Shown: one piece after another, positions 8,777 through 18,317 of the stretch
Layout: each line of letters begins with the position of its first letter
Numbering within the stretch: the first letter of the stretch is position 1
NCBI GenBank assembly: GCA_963782715.1
Contig: CAWAKU010000006.1
Coordinates: 86,960-150,959, forward strand
Length of the DNA: 64,000 nt
DNA from: an uncultured Chloroflexia bacterium
Lineage (GTDB): Bacteria; Chloroflexota; Limnocylindria; Limnocylindrales; CSP1-4
Direction of reading: 5' to 3'
The notes under the pieces: generated by a model
The model's input: only the letters and a program-made list of their open reading frames with translations
What the model was told of the DNA's origin: nothing
The model's database searches: none
Made by a program: the position numbers and the translations under genes

Positions 8777-10159
8777 TCAGTCCGCGATCGTCATCGCGAG
8801 GTCCGGCCGCAGCAGGAACGGCGGCAGGTGGGCGGCCAGGTTCGAGAATGGCAGGACGTCCGGATGGAGGTCGATGCCGAGCGCTTCGGCCATGAACCGA
8901 CGGCGCGCCTGGATCCGCGCCCAGGCCGCCGGGTAGCCGGCCGCGAACGCGTCGCGCAAGGCCTCGTCGGCGATGGCGATACCGTCCTCGATGTTGGTCG
9001 TGAAGTAGTCCGTGCCGGTCGCCGGGATGATGTCGACCTGGAAGGCCATCCCGGACCGGAGCTCGATGGTCGAGTCACGCGAGATCGGCGAGTTGACCCA
9101 CTCGTCGAGATGGATCTGGTGACCCGGGTTGAGGAAGATCCCGAAGAACGGGTCGCCGAGATGGCGGTCGACGATCTCGAACAGCGCGCCGCCGGTCTGC
9201 CCGATCCGGAGCGCTCCGTACCACTCGGCGACCGCCGCGAAATAGGGCGCAACGAGGCGTTCGACGTAGTCCTCGATGCCGGCCGGCAGCTCCGACGCGT
9301 CGGCCACGACGAAGCCGGCCCGGCAGGTCAGCGAGCCCCAGATCCCGAACGCGGTCGTGAACCGGTCACCGCGCTCGATGGGACGGTCACCCGGGCTGAG
9401 CAACCCGAGGGTCGCCCGCGACCCGGCGGTCAGCATCAGATGACAGGACAGCGGCGCGCCGTCCCACTCGAGCAGCCGCACGGCCTCGCGCTCGGTCATC
9501 CCCGGGCGCAGGCCGCGGAGCAGCCGGCGGACCCCGTTCGAGGTCTGGCAGGCGGTGTACTCGAGCAGGGCGAGCTGCTCGACCTCGTTGATGACCCGCA
9601 GCCCGTCGGCCGCGTCGATGAACAGGTCGACCGCGTTCTCGACCAGCCCGGTCGCGCCGGCCAGCGCGCGCAGCTCGTCGACGAGGTACGAGGGCGCATC
9701 CATCAGCTCGCGCCGGGCGTACGGCTTCCAGCCGACGACGCCGACCCGGCTACCCGGTCCGATGCCCTCGCCGGCCAGGATCTCGGCGAGCGGCAGCGAG
9801 CGGTCGCGCGGCTGGCCGGGCAGGCTCAGGTCCTGGAACCGATGTCGGCGCATCGGCAGGGGTGCCGCGCCGGCCATCCCGAAGCACTCATTGCCGACAA
9901 GGACGGCCGGGTCGCCGTCGGGTCCGACGACGAGGATCGCCTCCTCGAAGCGCGGATCGAACCCGGTCAGGTAGGACAGGTTCGCGCTGTGCTCGCGGTC
10001 CGCATAGATCACCAGCCGGTCGTAGCCCCGATCGGCGGCACGCGCACGCAGGGCGGCCAGCCGACGCGGATAGAGCGACGCCGGCAGGTCGGGGCTGGCG
10101 TCGGGCATCCCGAAATCGGGCAGCTCGATGCGGGCGAGGCGGGCGTGAGCGGTCGGCAT
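8777..10159 (-). CDS. M24-family metallopeptidase / creatinase-like hydrolase
   Basis: GAAGGA RBS. A creatinase-type N-domain (RGYDRLVIYADREHSANLSYLTGFDP) and a pita-bread C-domain with NPGHQIHLDEW and TTNIEDGIAI. Confidence 0.6.
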   Translation of the reverse strand: MPTAHARLARIELPDFGMPDASPDLPASLYPRRLAALRARAADRGYDRLVIYADREHSANLSYLTGFDPRFEEAILVVGPDGDPAVLVGNECFGMAGAAPLPMRRHRFQDLSLPGQPRDRSLPLAEILAGEGIGPGSRVGVVGWKPYARRELMDAPSYLVDELRALAGATGLVENAVDLFIDAADGLRVINEVEQLALLEYTACQTSNGVRRLLRGLRPGMTEREAVRLLEWDGAPLSCHLMLTAGSRATLGLLSPGDRPIERGDRFTTAFGIWGSLTCRAGFVVADASELPAGIEDYVERLVAPYFAAVAEWYGALRIGQTGGALFEIVDRHLGDPFFGIFLNPGHQIHLDEWVNSPISRDSTIELRSGMAFQVDIIPATGTDYFTTNIEDGIAIADEALRDAFAAGYPAAWARIQARRRFMAEALGIDLHPDVLPFSNLAAHLPPFLLRPDLAMTIAD

Positions 10160-10164
10160 GGTCC

Positions 10165-11826
10165 TCAGTCCTTCGGTGGATCCCATGGCTGGATGGCGGT
10201 CGCGCCGCGCTCGACGATCCCGAACGTGTCGGCCGACGCATCGAGCCATGGGCCGGCTTCGCCGTCGGGCCACAGGACGCGGACCTGCGCCCGGTCGGCC
10301 GGCCCGAGGCCGACGTGCGTCCAGCCGAGCTGACCGCTCGCGTGGCCGCCGCCGACCGTCAGCTCGCGGCGCTGGGTGGTGTCGCCCGTCTTGACCTCGA
10401 TCCAGGCACCGATCGCATCGCGATTCGGGCCGGGCTGGCCGGCCTTGAGCTCGAGCCAGTGACCCATCGGCGCCGGCTTGGCGGCATCGCCCGACCCGAC
10501 ATTCCGCCACAGCGCCACCTTGTCAAGATAGTTGACCTCGACGAGGTCGGGCAGGCCATCGAGGTTGAAGTCGGTCAAGGCTGCGCCGCGACCGCGCGCG
10601 AAGTTGAGCACGCCGGCCGCCTCGGCGCCCTCGACGAAGGTCCCGTCGGCCCGGCCGATGAACAGGTTGCTCGGGTCCTTCACCGCGTGGTCGGGCTGTT
10701 CGCTGATGTTGCCCTTCGAGACGAACAGGTCGATGAAGCCGTCGTTGTTGACGTCCTGGAACTCGGCATGCCAGGCGGTGGACGGCAGGGCGTCGCCGCC
10801 GGTGAACGGCTGTGCCGCGTTGACCCCTCGCTTCAGGCCGATGTCCCGGTACATCGGCTGGGTCGGCCCGCTGAGTAGGGTCTGCAGCCGGTTGTCGCCC
10901 TGGCTGGTGAGGTAGACCTCCGGGTAGCCGTCGCCGGTGAGGTCGTACGAGCCGATGCCCATGCCCTCCACCTGGACCTGGACCCAGCCGTCCGCGGCGG
11001 TGTACAGGCGGGGCGGCTCGCCGGCGGCGATGCGCCAGAGCTGCTCCTCGCCGTCGGTCTGGTCGTAGTAGTGACGGTCGTTGCTGATGCGCAGGTCACG
11101 CCGGCCCGACCGGTCCCAGTCGCTGAACAGCATCGACAGCGCGCAGTAGCCGGGTGCCAGGGCGATCGGGACGCCGTAGCCGGCGCTCGCGCCCGTCGGC
11201 CGGTACAGCCGGTTCTCGCCGCAGTCCTGGGTCGGCTTGCCCGATGCGTCGAGAGTCAGGTAATCGCCGACGGCCAGCGTCGGGCGGCCGGCCGTGCCCT
11301 CCCAGGTCGCGCTGAACGCGGTCGCCATCCCGGGAGCGCCATCGAACGACCAGGCCTCGTTCGCGCGCTCGAAGCGGCAGCCTCCGAGTCCCCGCAACAG
11401 GACGCTCTCGCCCGCCCGCAGGACGGCCAGGTCGACCTTGCCGTCGCCGTCGACGTCGAGCGGATAGGCGCCTTCGACATCGGACATGTCCGTCGCCGGA
11501 TCGTGGATCGGCGTGAACCGCAGCGCGCCGCCGGTTGCACTGTCGTTGTGATACAGGGCGGCCGGGCCGCTCCCGCCGGCGAGGTACATCTCGGGCTTGC
11601 CATCGCCGTCGCAGTCGAAGGTCGCGACGCCGCCGCCGACCGAGAACGCGAAGTCCCCGGCGTAGGTGTGATCGATGCCGGCCGCAGCCGCTTCTTCCAC
11701 GAAGTGCGGTGCCCCGGCTGCCGACGGCGCGCCTCCGCCGAGCCGGCTCGCGACGAATGCGCCGGTCGCGACCAGCACCAGCACGACCACGACGATGGCG
11801 AGGATGGCGGCCGTCCGGCGCTTCAC
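10165..11826 (-). CDS. FG-GAP repeat / ASPIC-UnbV (CRTAC1-like) secreted protein
   Basis: An N-terminal TM or signal segment. Repeated DxDGDG and DGxxDL calcium-binding beta-propeller motifs. C-terminal ASPIC/UnbV-like region (AIGAWIEVKTGDTTQRREL). Confidence 0.75.
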   Translation of the reverse strand: MKRRTAAILAIVVVVLVLVATGAFVASRLGGGAPSAAGAPHFVEEAAAAGIDHTYAGDFAFSVGGGVATFDCDGDGKPEMYLAGGSGPAALYHNDSATGGALRFTPIHDPATDMSDVEGAYPLDVDGDGKVDLAVLRAGESVLLRGLGGCRFERANEAWSFDGAPGMATAFSATWEGTAGRPTLAVGDYLTLDASGKPTQDCGENRLYRPTGASAGYGVPIALAPGYCALSMLFSDWDRSGRRDLRISNDRHYYDQTDGEEQLWRIAAGEPPRLYTAADGWVQVQVEGMGIGSYDLTGDGYPEVYLTSQGDNRLQTLLSGPTQPMYRDIGLKRGVNAAQPFTGGDALPSTAWHAEFQDVNNDGFIDLFVSKGNISEQPDHAVKDPSNLFIGRADGTFVEGAEAAGVLNFARGRGAALTDFNLDGLPDLVEVNYLDKVALWRNVGSGDAAKPAPMGHWLELKAGQPGPNRDAIGAWIEVKTGDTTQRRELTVGGGHASGQLGWTHVGLGPADRAQVRVLWPDGEAGPWLDASADTFGIVERGATAIQPWDPPKD

Positions 11827-11871
11827 CGGGTCAACCGTGGCCGGGAGCCGCCGGTGACGGGCGAGGCGACA

Positions 11872-13866
11872 TCACGACGGGGCATGTCCCGCGTAGTACT
11901 GCTGCGCGACGGCCCAGGCGCCCTTGCCACAGGCAGACCCGATGGTCCGTCCGTTGAGGTCGTCGGCAGCGATATGGATACCACCGTTGAGGCGCGACTG
12001 GCCGGCCATGTCGGCGGCATCGTAGTAGGTCGCCCACTGCAGGGTGACCGGGGCGGTCGGTCCGGCCTCGAACTTGAGATCGCCCGGCTTGGTCGTCCAC
12101 TGGTCGATGCCGCCCGGCACGAACTCGCTGCCGGTGAGGCCAGTCATGACCTCGGCAGCGGCACGACTGAACGAGCTGTGACCGGACGCATATCCCTGGA
12201 ACGCAGGAGTCACGAAGGTCGGCAGCTGGTACGGGATCCAGTCGACCGCGAGGATCCAGCCGACACCGCCGGTCTCGGTCTTCGGGTCGGCCGGCGTTCC
12301 CGTCCATGCACGGATGGCGATCTCGCCGACGTGACCAGCCAGGGCCGCGTGGCGCCCGCCCGCGGCCGATGAGTCCGGGGTGATGAGCTCGACCAGCCCG
12401 GGGACGAGCGGCAGCCCTTCCTTGTCATAGGCTGGCAGCGACGGATCGCTCGACTGGCCCAGGCCGCCCATGTACCGGATCATCGAGATCGGCCGGGCCG
12501 TGTCGTAGTGGCCCTTGAGGCCCCAGGCCGCGATCGCCGCGTCATGGACCGCGCCGTTGAGCGCCAGGTACATCTTGACGTCCCATTGCAGGCGATCCAC
12601 CCGCTCCCCCGTCCCGCCGATCCGGAGGTTCGGGTCGAGCTCGTCCGAGACCGTGTTGGCGATGACGTTCCAGTGGCCGGGCGGTGTCTCGGACTTGGGT
12701 CCGTCCGCCCAGAACTCGGCCATGACCCGGGCGAAGTCGCCCTGGTTGACCACGTCCGGGGCATACGGCTGGCCGGTCGCGGGATTGACCGGGTGACCGG
12801 TCCCGTCGTTGGTCCCGAGCGAGTTGTTGCCTCGGACACCGGGCGAGATGTCGATCATCACGCCGGAGGCCGGGTCGAGCTCGGAGCTGTCGCGGATGAC
12901 TTCGACCGCCTGGTCCTTGAACGCCTGGTCGGTGGCCGGATCGCCGAGCCTGGGCGGCGTCCCCGGATCGATCGGGACACCCGAGGCATCGGCGGCCGGC
13001 AGGGCGAAGCCGCTGACGTGGCCCCAGTGCGGCCCGACCGCCTGCTGGACGCCGTTGACGACGGGGATCCCATTCTGCGAGACCATGTGCTCGATCTGGA
13101 GCGGCTGCCAGCGGTTGGGGTCGACCATCGTCGTGCCCGACTGCGCGACGACGAGCGGCGGATTGACCGGCTTGTAGTCGGGCGAGGCGTAGCCATCGGC
13201 CTGGTTGGAGCCGTCGGCCAGGCCGTATGCGATGACTGCCGCCGAGATCCGATTGCCGAGGGCGGCCGGCGTGTCGCCATCGGTCGTCTTGACATCGAGC
13301 GGGTAGCACAGGGTGTCCATCACGTCGGCGAACTCGGACACCGATTCGGCGCCGCCGACGGCCTTGATGAACCGCGACGTCAGGACGCCGTAGGCCGCAT
13401 AGCTCATCGCTTCCCTGCGGGCCGCCTCCGTGTCGGACGCGGTCTGCTTCTCCTTGACGATGTAGCCGCTGGCGGTCGGGTCATAGGCCGCCCAGGCATC
13501 CCACATCGCGACCGACGTGTGGAACAGGTTGCGGGCATGGACCGGCGGGTTCGGGAGGGCGCGACGGATCGCGTCGAGCAGCGCCTCGTCCCAGCGACGG
13601 GCGACCGACCAGTCCGGGTGGGCGTCGGCGACCGTGGCGGCGCAGGTCGGGTGGGCGGCCCACGGCCGGGTGACCGACAGGCCGATCGTCGCGACCGCGA
13701 CGAGGGCGATCCCGGCGACGGCCGCGATCAGCGTCCGACGGCGCGGTCGGCGCGGTCCGGCCGGTGTCGTCTCGGGGACCGACGAGTCCGTCGGACGATC
13801 CATGTCGGACGTCGTGGAGTCGAGCGACAGGGAGCCTTCAGGGGCGGTCCCGGACTCGGGATCCAT
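11872..13866 (-). CDS. PAP2-superfamily protein, vanadium-dependent haloperoxidase / acid-phosphatase-like
   Basis: All three PAP2 motifs are present: KGHYDTARP (KX6RP), YASGHSS (PSGH) and SRLNGGIHIAADD (SRX5HX3D). N-terminal TM anchor; GAGGT RBS. Confidence 0.7.
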   Translation of the reverse strand: MDPESGTAPEGSLSLDSTTSDMDRPTDSSVPETTPAGPRRPRRRTLIAAVAGIALVAVATIGLSVTRPWAAHPTCAATVADAHPDWSVARRWDEALLDAIRRALPNPPVHARNLFHTSVAMWDAWAAYDPTASGYIVKEKQTASDTEAARREAMSYAAYGVLTSRFIKAVGGAESVSEFADVMDTLCYPLDVKTTDGDTPAALGNRISAAVIAYGLADGSNQADGYASPDYKPVNPPLVVAQSGTTMVDPNRWQPLQIEHMVSQNGIPVVNGVQQAVGPHWGHVSGFALPAADASGVPIDPGTPPRLGDPATDQAFKDQAVEVIRDSSELDPASGVMIDISPGVRGNNSLGTNDGTGHPVNPATGQPYAPDVVNQGDFARVMAEFWADGPKSETPPGHWNVIANTVSDELDPNLRIGGTGERVDRLQWDVKMYLALNGAVHDAAIAAWGLKGHYDTARPISMIRYMGGLGQSSDPSLPAYDKEGLPLVPGLVELITPDSSAAGGRHAALAGHVGEIAIRAWTGTPADPKTETGGVGWILAVDWIPYQLPTFVTPAFQGYASGHSSFSRAAAEVMTGLTGSEFVPGGIDQWTTKPGDLKFEAGPTAPVTLQWATYYDAADMAGQSRLNGGIHIAADDLNGRTIGSACGKGAWAVAQQYYAGHAPS

Positions 13867-13947
13867 CTCGGATGACCTCGAGGTGTGAGGAGCATGACGG
13901 GTCGGCGTGTCGCCGAAGCGAAGCCGTGGGGAGGATAGCGAACAACC

Positions 13948-14946
13948 TCAGGAAGCGCCTCCGGCAGCAGCCGCCGCGAAGATCCGCTCGATGACCCGGA
14001 TCGTGGCGATGGCATCCTCAGGCGGTGTCGGTGTCGGCAGACCGTCGAGGATGGCCGCGGCGAAACGAGCGCCTTCGACCGCGTAGGGGTCGGCCGTCTC
14101 GAAGGTCAGGACCTCCGTCGCGGGCGCGACCGGTGCGTCGCCGCCGGCCGTGACGAAGACCTGGGTCGGGCGATCGGGCGGGATGTTGAACGGGATGCCG
14201 ATCGAGATCCGGCCGGCCGAGCCGTAGATGTGGACGCGCTGGTCCGTCTCGACCCTGGTCGAGACCGTGAACGTCGCGGCGCCGTCGCCGAAGCCCAGGA
14301 TGGCGCTGGTCAGGATGTCGACCCCGGTCGCCGGGTCACGGACGATCGATGCACTGACCGTGTCCGGCTCGTCATCGAACAGGAGACGCGACAGGTTCAC
14401 GGTGTAGCAGCCGATGTCCCACAGCGCGCCGCCGCCGGCAGCGGACTGGTTCCGGATGTTGGCCGGATCGTCGTTGTGGTACGAGAACCAGCTCTGGACC
14501 GCGCGCAGCCGGCCGATCCGACCGGAGGCGACGATGTCGCGGACGGCGTCCCACGACGGATGGAGCCGGTACATGAACGCCTCCATCAGGCGGACGCCCT
14601 CGTTCGCGCAGGTCTCGACGACCCGTTCCGCGTCGGCCGCGGTCAGGGTCAGCGGCTTCTCGCACAGGATGTGCTTGCCCGCCCGGGCGGCCGCGATCGT
14701 CCACTCAGCGTGCAGGTGATTGGGCAGCGGGATGTAGACCGCGTCGACCGTCGGGTCGGCGAGCAGCGCCTCGTATGACCCGTGCGCGGTCGCGATGTCG
14801 AGCTCGTCGGCGACCGACCGGGCCAGCGCCGCATCGCGCGAGGCGATGGCCACGACCTGGCAGCGATCCGCCTTCTGGAGCCCGGGGATCACCTTCTTGC
14901 GGGCGATGTCGGCGGTGGACAGGATCCCCCAGCGCAGCTCGGTCAT
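13948..14946 (-). CDS. Gfo/Idh/MocA family oxidoreductase
   Basis: N-terminal Rossmann fold (GILSTADIARKKVIPGL) and the EKPL motif. Confidence 0.85.
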   Translation of the reverse strand: MTELRWGILSTADIARKKVIPGLQKADRCQVVAIASRDAALARSVADELDIATAHGSYEALLADPTVDAVYIPLPNHLHAEWTIAAARAGKHILCEKPLTLTAADAERVVETCANEGVRLMEAFMYRLHPSWDAVRDIVASGRIGRLRAVQSWFSYHNDDPANIRNQSAAGGGALWDIGCYTVNLSRLLFDDEPDTVSASIVRDPATGVDILTSAILGFGDGAATFTVSTRVETDQRVHIYGSAGRISIGIPFNIPPDRPTQVFVTAGGDAPVAPATEVLTFETADPYAVEGARFAAAILDGLPTPTPPEDAIATIRVIERIFAAAAAGGAS

Positions 14947-14959
14947 CGCTCGGTCACCT

Positions 14960-15661
14960 CTATGAGATCTCGGTCACCGGCCTGAACGCGACGTCCAGGA
15001 TGCGGTGCGTGCGCGGCCGGGTCAGGACGAACAGGACCGTCTCGGCCACATCGGTCGGGTCCATCATCCCAGCCAGCTGGGGCATCTCGGGCGTCCGGCC
15101 GTGACCCATCGCGAAGTCCGTGGCGACCCCGCCCGGACAGACATTCGTACAGCGGACGCCTCGCTCGCGCAGTTCATGATCGAGCGCGCGGGTCAAGCCG
15201 ACCTGGGCGAACTTGGACGCACAGTAGGTCGCCTCGTACGGGAGTCCGTGCAGGCCGGCCACGCTGGCGATCATCACGATGTCCGCGGCGTCGCTCACGA
15301 GCAGGGCCGGGAGCGCCGCGCGGACCGCGTAGAGCGCCCCCTTCACGTTGACGTCGATCATCGCCTCGAGGTCCTCGGCGGGCAGGTCGAGGAACGGCCC
15401 GTAAGCCCCGACGCCGGCATTGACGACGAGGATGTCGAGCCTGCCGAAGCGCTCCACGGTCGCCCCGACGATCGATGCCAGGGCCGCCGGATCTCGGACA
15501 TCGCACGGCTGGGCGACGGCACCGGAGATGCCGAGGTCATCGCCGGAACGCGAGGCGAGCCCGAGACGGACGCCCTCCCCATCGAGAGCGCGGGCGACAG
15601 CCGCCCCGATGCCTCGACTGGCCCCGGTCACCAGGGCGACCTTGCCGGCAAGACGCTCCAT
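14960..15661 (-). CDS. SDR-family short-chain dehydrogenase
   Basis: AGGAGGA RBS. TGASRGIG, NAG and the YxxxK catalytic motif (YCASK). Confidence 0.85.
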   Translation of the reverse strand: MERLAGKVALVTGASRGIGAAVARALDGEGVRLGLASRSGDDLGISGAVAQPCDVRDPAALASIVGATVERFGRLDILVVNAGVGAYGPFLDLPAEDLEAMIDVNVKGALYAVRAALPALLVSDAADIVMIASVAGLHGLPYEATYCASKFAQVGLTRALDHELRERGVRCTNVCPGGVATDFAMGHGRTPEMPQLAGMMDPTDVAETVLFVLTRPRTHRILDVAFRPVTEIS

Positions 15662-15738
15662 CGTGTCGATCCTCCTGCTTCGGGCGGTCCGCCGAATCGG
15701 GCTTGACGTCGCCGGGGCGTGTGGTCCAGCATGGCACA

Positions 15739-15761
15739 GTTTGGAAGAGAGGAACACAAAT
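15739..15761. promoter_or_regulatory. Candidate XylR operator (site 1), in the SDR / xylR divergent promoter
   Basis: GTTTGGAAGAGAGGAACACAAAT matches the palindromic site upstream of xylA at 17 of 23 positions. It ends 4 nt before the xylR GTG. Confidence 0.4.
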
Positions 15762-15764
15762 CCA

Positions 15765-17000
15765 GTGACGATCGGTCGCGATGAGCCTGGCCAGCGCAGC
15801 GAGACAGTCCGGCGAGCCAACCTGAGCTCCATCCTCCGCGCGCTGCACGGGCGCGGTCCCCTCTCGCGGTCGGACCTCGTCGTCGAGACGGGCCTGACCC
15901 GCAGCGCCATCCGCGGCCTCATCGGTGAACTGGTCGCCGCGGGTCTCGTGACCGAAGCCGCGCCGATCTCGCTCGGGACACCGGGTCGGCCGTCGCCGGT
16001 CGCCCAGGTCAAGCCCGACGGCGCCGTCGTGCTGGCCATCGACATCGAGGTCGACTCCCTCGCCGTCGCGATCGTCGGGCTCGGCGGGCTCGTCCTCGAC
16101 CAGATCCGGGTCGACCGGCCGCGCCGCCATTCGTCGGTCGAGGAGGTGGTGGCAGGCCTCGCCGCGCTGGCGACGACCATCCTCGGCAGGCGCCCCGCGA
16201 CGGACCGCCTGATCGGGGTCGGGGTGGCGGTCGTCGGCGTCGTCCGCCGGAGCGACGGACTCGTCTCGATGGCCCCGAACCTCGGCTGGCGCGACGTCCC
16301 GCTGGGCGAACGGCTGGAGCGCACGCTGGGGGTACCGGTCCCGATCTCCATCGCCAACGAGGCCGACCTCGGCGCCCTCGCCGAGCACCGCCGCGGGGCC
16401 GCGATCGGCTGTGACGACGTCCTGTTCATCTCGGGTGAGGTCGGCGTCGGAGGCGGACTGATCATCGATGGCCGGCCGTTGACCGGGGCCGCCGGCTACG
16501 GCGGCGAGATCGGCCACATCCCGGTCAACCCGGCCGGGGCGACCTGTCGCTGTGGTGCCGTCGGTTGCTGGGAGACGGAGATCGGCGAGGACGTGCTGTT
16601 GGCACTGGCTGGTCATCCCGTGGGTGGTGGCCCCGACGAGGTGGACGCGGTCGTGCGCGAGGCACTCGACGGCGAGGAGGCGGCGCTGGCCGCCCTCGAT
16701 CATGTCGGACGCGGGCTGGGGCGCGGCCTGGCCGGGCTGGTGAACATCTTCAACCCCCGACTCATCGTCCTGGGTGGCCGCTTCGGCCGGATCCATCCGT
16801 TCATCATCCGAAGCCTGGAGGAGGAGCTCGGCCGTCGGGCCCTGCCGGCGCCACGGGCCATGGTCCGCGTGGTCCCGACCGACCTTGCCGACGACGCGCC
16901 ACTCCTGGGCGCCGCTGAGTTCGCGTTCGATCCGATCCTGGCCGACCCGGCGGGGTGGATGGGTCCACGCGAAGTCACGAATCAGTTGCGGAGCGCCTGA
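15765..17000 (+). CDS. xylR: ROK-family transcriptional regulator (XylR-like repressor)
   Basis: An N-terminal wHTH followed by a ROK sugar-kinase fold with the CxCGxxGCxE zinc motif (CRCGAVGCWE). It lies upstream of xylFHG and is divergent from the SDR gene. Confidence 0.8.
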   Translation: MTIGRDEPGQRSETVRRANLSSILRALHGRGPLSRSDLVVETGLTRSAIRGLIGELVAAGLVTEAAPISLGTPGRPSPVAQVKPDGAVVLAIDIEVDSLAVAIVGLGGLVLDQIRVDRPRRHSSVEEVVAGLAALATTILGRRPATDRLIGVGVAVVGVVRRSDGLVSMAPNLGWRDVPLGERLERTLGVPVPISIANEADLGALAEHRRGAAIGCDDVLFISGEVGVGGGLIIDGRPLTGAAGYGGEIGHIPVNPAGATCRCGAVGCWETEIGEDVLLALAGHPVGGGPDEVDAVVREALDGEEAALAALDHVGRGLGRGLAGLVNIFNPRLIVLGGRFGRIHPFIIRSLEEELGRRALPAPRAMVRVVPTDLADDAPLLGAAEFAFDPILADPAGWMGPREVTNQLRSA

Positions 17001-17114
17001 TCGTGCGCACCCGAACGCAACGCTTTGCGCATCCGAGGATAGGAGGGTGGTAGCCTAGCGCGGGAGGATTCCAGACGGCACCGTCATCGTGGATCCAATT
17101 GGAGGAGAACTAGA

Positions 17115-18221
17115 GTGCACATGAACCGCAAGTTGGCAGGACTCTTGGCGACTGCCGCGATCGTCCTGACCGCATGTTCGAGCAGTGGCAGCAGCGCCGC
17201 CCCGAGCAAGGCAGCCGCGGCCAGTGGCGCCACGGCAGCCGGCTGCAAGGTCGGCGTCTCGTGGAACAACTACACCGAAGAGCGGTGGGCCAAGTGGGAT
17301 GAGCCCGCCATCAAGGCGGCTCTTGCGGCCGCCGGCGCCGAGTACATCTCGAACGACGCGAAGTCGAGCGCGGCCACCCAGGCCACCAATATCGACCAGC
17401 TCATCTCGCAAGGCGCCAAGGTCCTGATCATCCTGGCCCAGGACGGGACCGCCATCAAGACGTCCGTCGCCAGCGCGACCGGGCAGAACATCCCGGTCAT
17501 CGGCTACGACCGACTGATCGAGGATCCGAAGGCCCTCTACATCACGTTCGACAACAAGGGTGTCGGCAAGATGCAGGCCGAGGCGGTCATGAAGGCCGTC
17601 CCGAAGGGCAACTACGTGATCATCAAGGGCAACAAGGCCGACGCCAATGCCGACTTCCTTCGCTCCGGCATGACCGAAGCGGGGATCCCGGCTGACGCAG
17701 CCTCCGCCACCGGCGACATCAAGATCGTCGGCGAGACCTACACGAACGACTGGAAGCCGGCCCTGGCGCAGACCGAGATGGAGCAGTTCCTGACGGCCAA
17801 CCAGAACAAGGTCGACGCGGTCCTGTCCGAGAACGACGGCATGGCCGGTGGCGTCATCGCCGCCCTCAAGGCCCAGGGTCTCAATGGCAAGGTCGCGGTG
17901 TCCGGCCAGGACGGCGACAAGGCCGCCCTCAACAACGTCGCGCTGGGCAACCAGACCGTCGACGTCTGGAAGGACGCCCGTGAGCTCGGCAAGGCTGCCG
18001 GCGAAGCCGCAGTCCAGCTGTGCAACGGCACCGCCAACGACAAGGTCACCGGCACCGCGCCGTTCACGACCCCCGGCGGCAACAACGTCAGCTCGATCAT
18101 CATCGCCCCGCACCCGATCACGAAGGACACCCTGCAGACCGTCATCGATGCCGGGTGGATCACCAAGGCCGACCTCTGCAAGGACGTCCCCGCCGCCACG
18201 GCGCCGGCCGCCTGCAAGTAG
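17115..18221 (+). CDS. xylF: D-xylose ABC transporter substrate-binding lipoprotein XylF
   Basis: GGAGGAG RBS and lipobox LTACSSSG. Periplasmic sugar-binding family with XylF-like sequence (YDRLIEDPKALYITFDN). Confidence 0.85.
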   Translation: MHMNRKLAGLLATAAIVLTACSSSGSSAAPSKAAAASGATAAGCKVGVSWNNYTEERWAKWDEPAIKAALAAAGAEYISNDAKSSAATQATNIDQLISQGAKVLIILAQDGTAIKTSVASATGQNIPVIGYDRLIEDPKALYITFDNKGVGKMQAEAVMKAVPKGNYVIIKGNKADANADFLRSGMTEAGIPADAASATGDIKIVGETYTNDWKPALAQTEMEQFLTANQNKVDAVLSENDGMAGGVIAALKAQGLNGKVAVSGQDGDKAALNNVALGNQTVDVWKDARELGKAAGEAAVQLCNGTANDKVTGTAPFTTPGGNNVSSIIIAPHPITKDTLQTVIDAGWITKADLCKDVPAATAPAACK

Positions 18222-18246
18222 CGAGCCTTCGAACCTCGAAGCTCAT

Positions 18247-18282
18247 GCGCCCTGCGCCGCGGTCCGCCGCGACGCAGGGCGC
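18247..18282 (+). terminator. Hairpin 3' of xylF (terminator-like)
   Basis: GCGCCCTGCG-N16-CGCAGGGCGC, followed by TTTCCATTC. Confidence 0.5.
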
Positions 18283-18317
18283 TTTCCATTCACCTTGTTC
18301 AGCAGTGAGGCGCAACG

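Noticed and set aside
10158-11826. Overlapping shadow ORFs such as 9862..10878 and 11071..12372 on the plus strand
   Set aside because: They lie antisense to the M24, FG-GAP and PAP2 genes, which have domain support.
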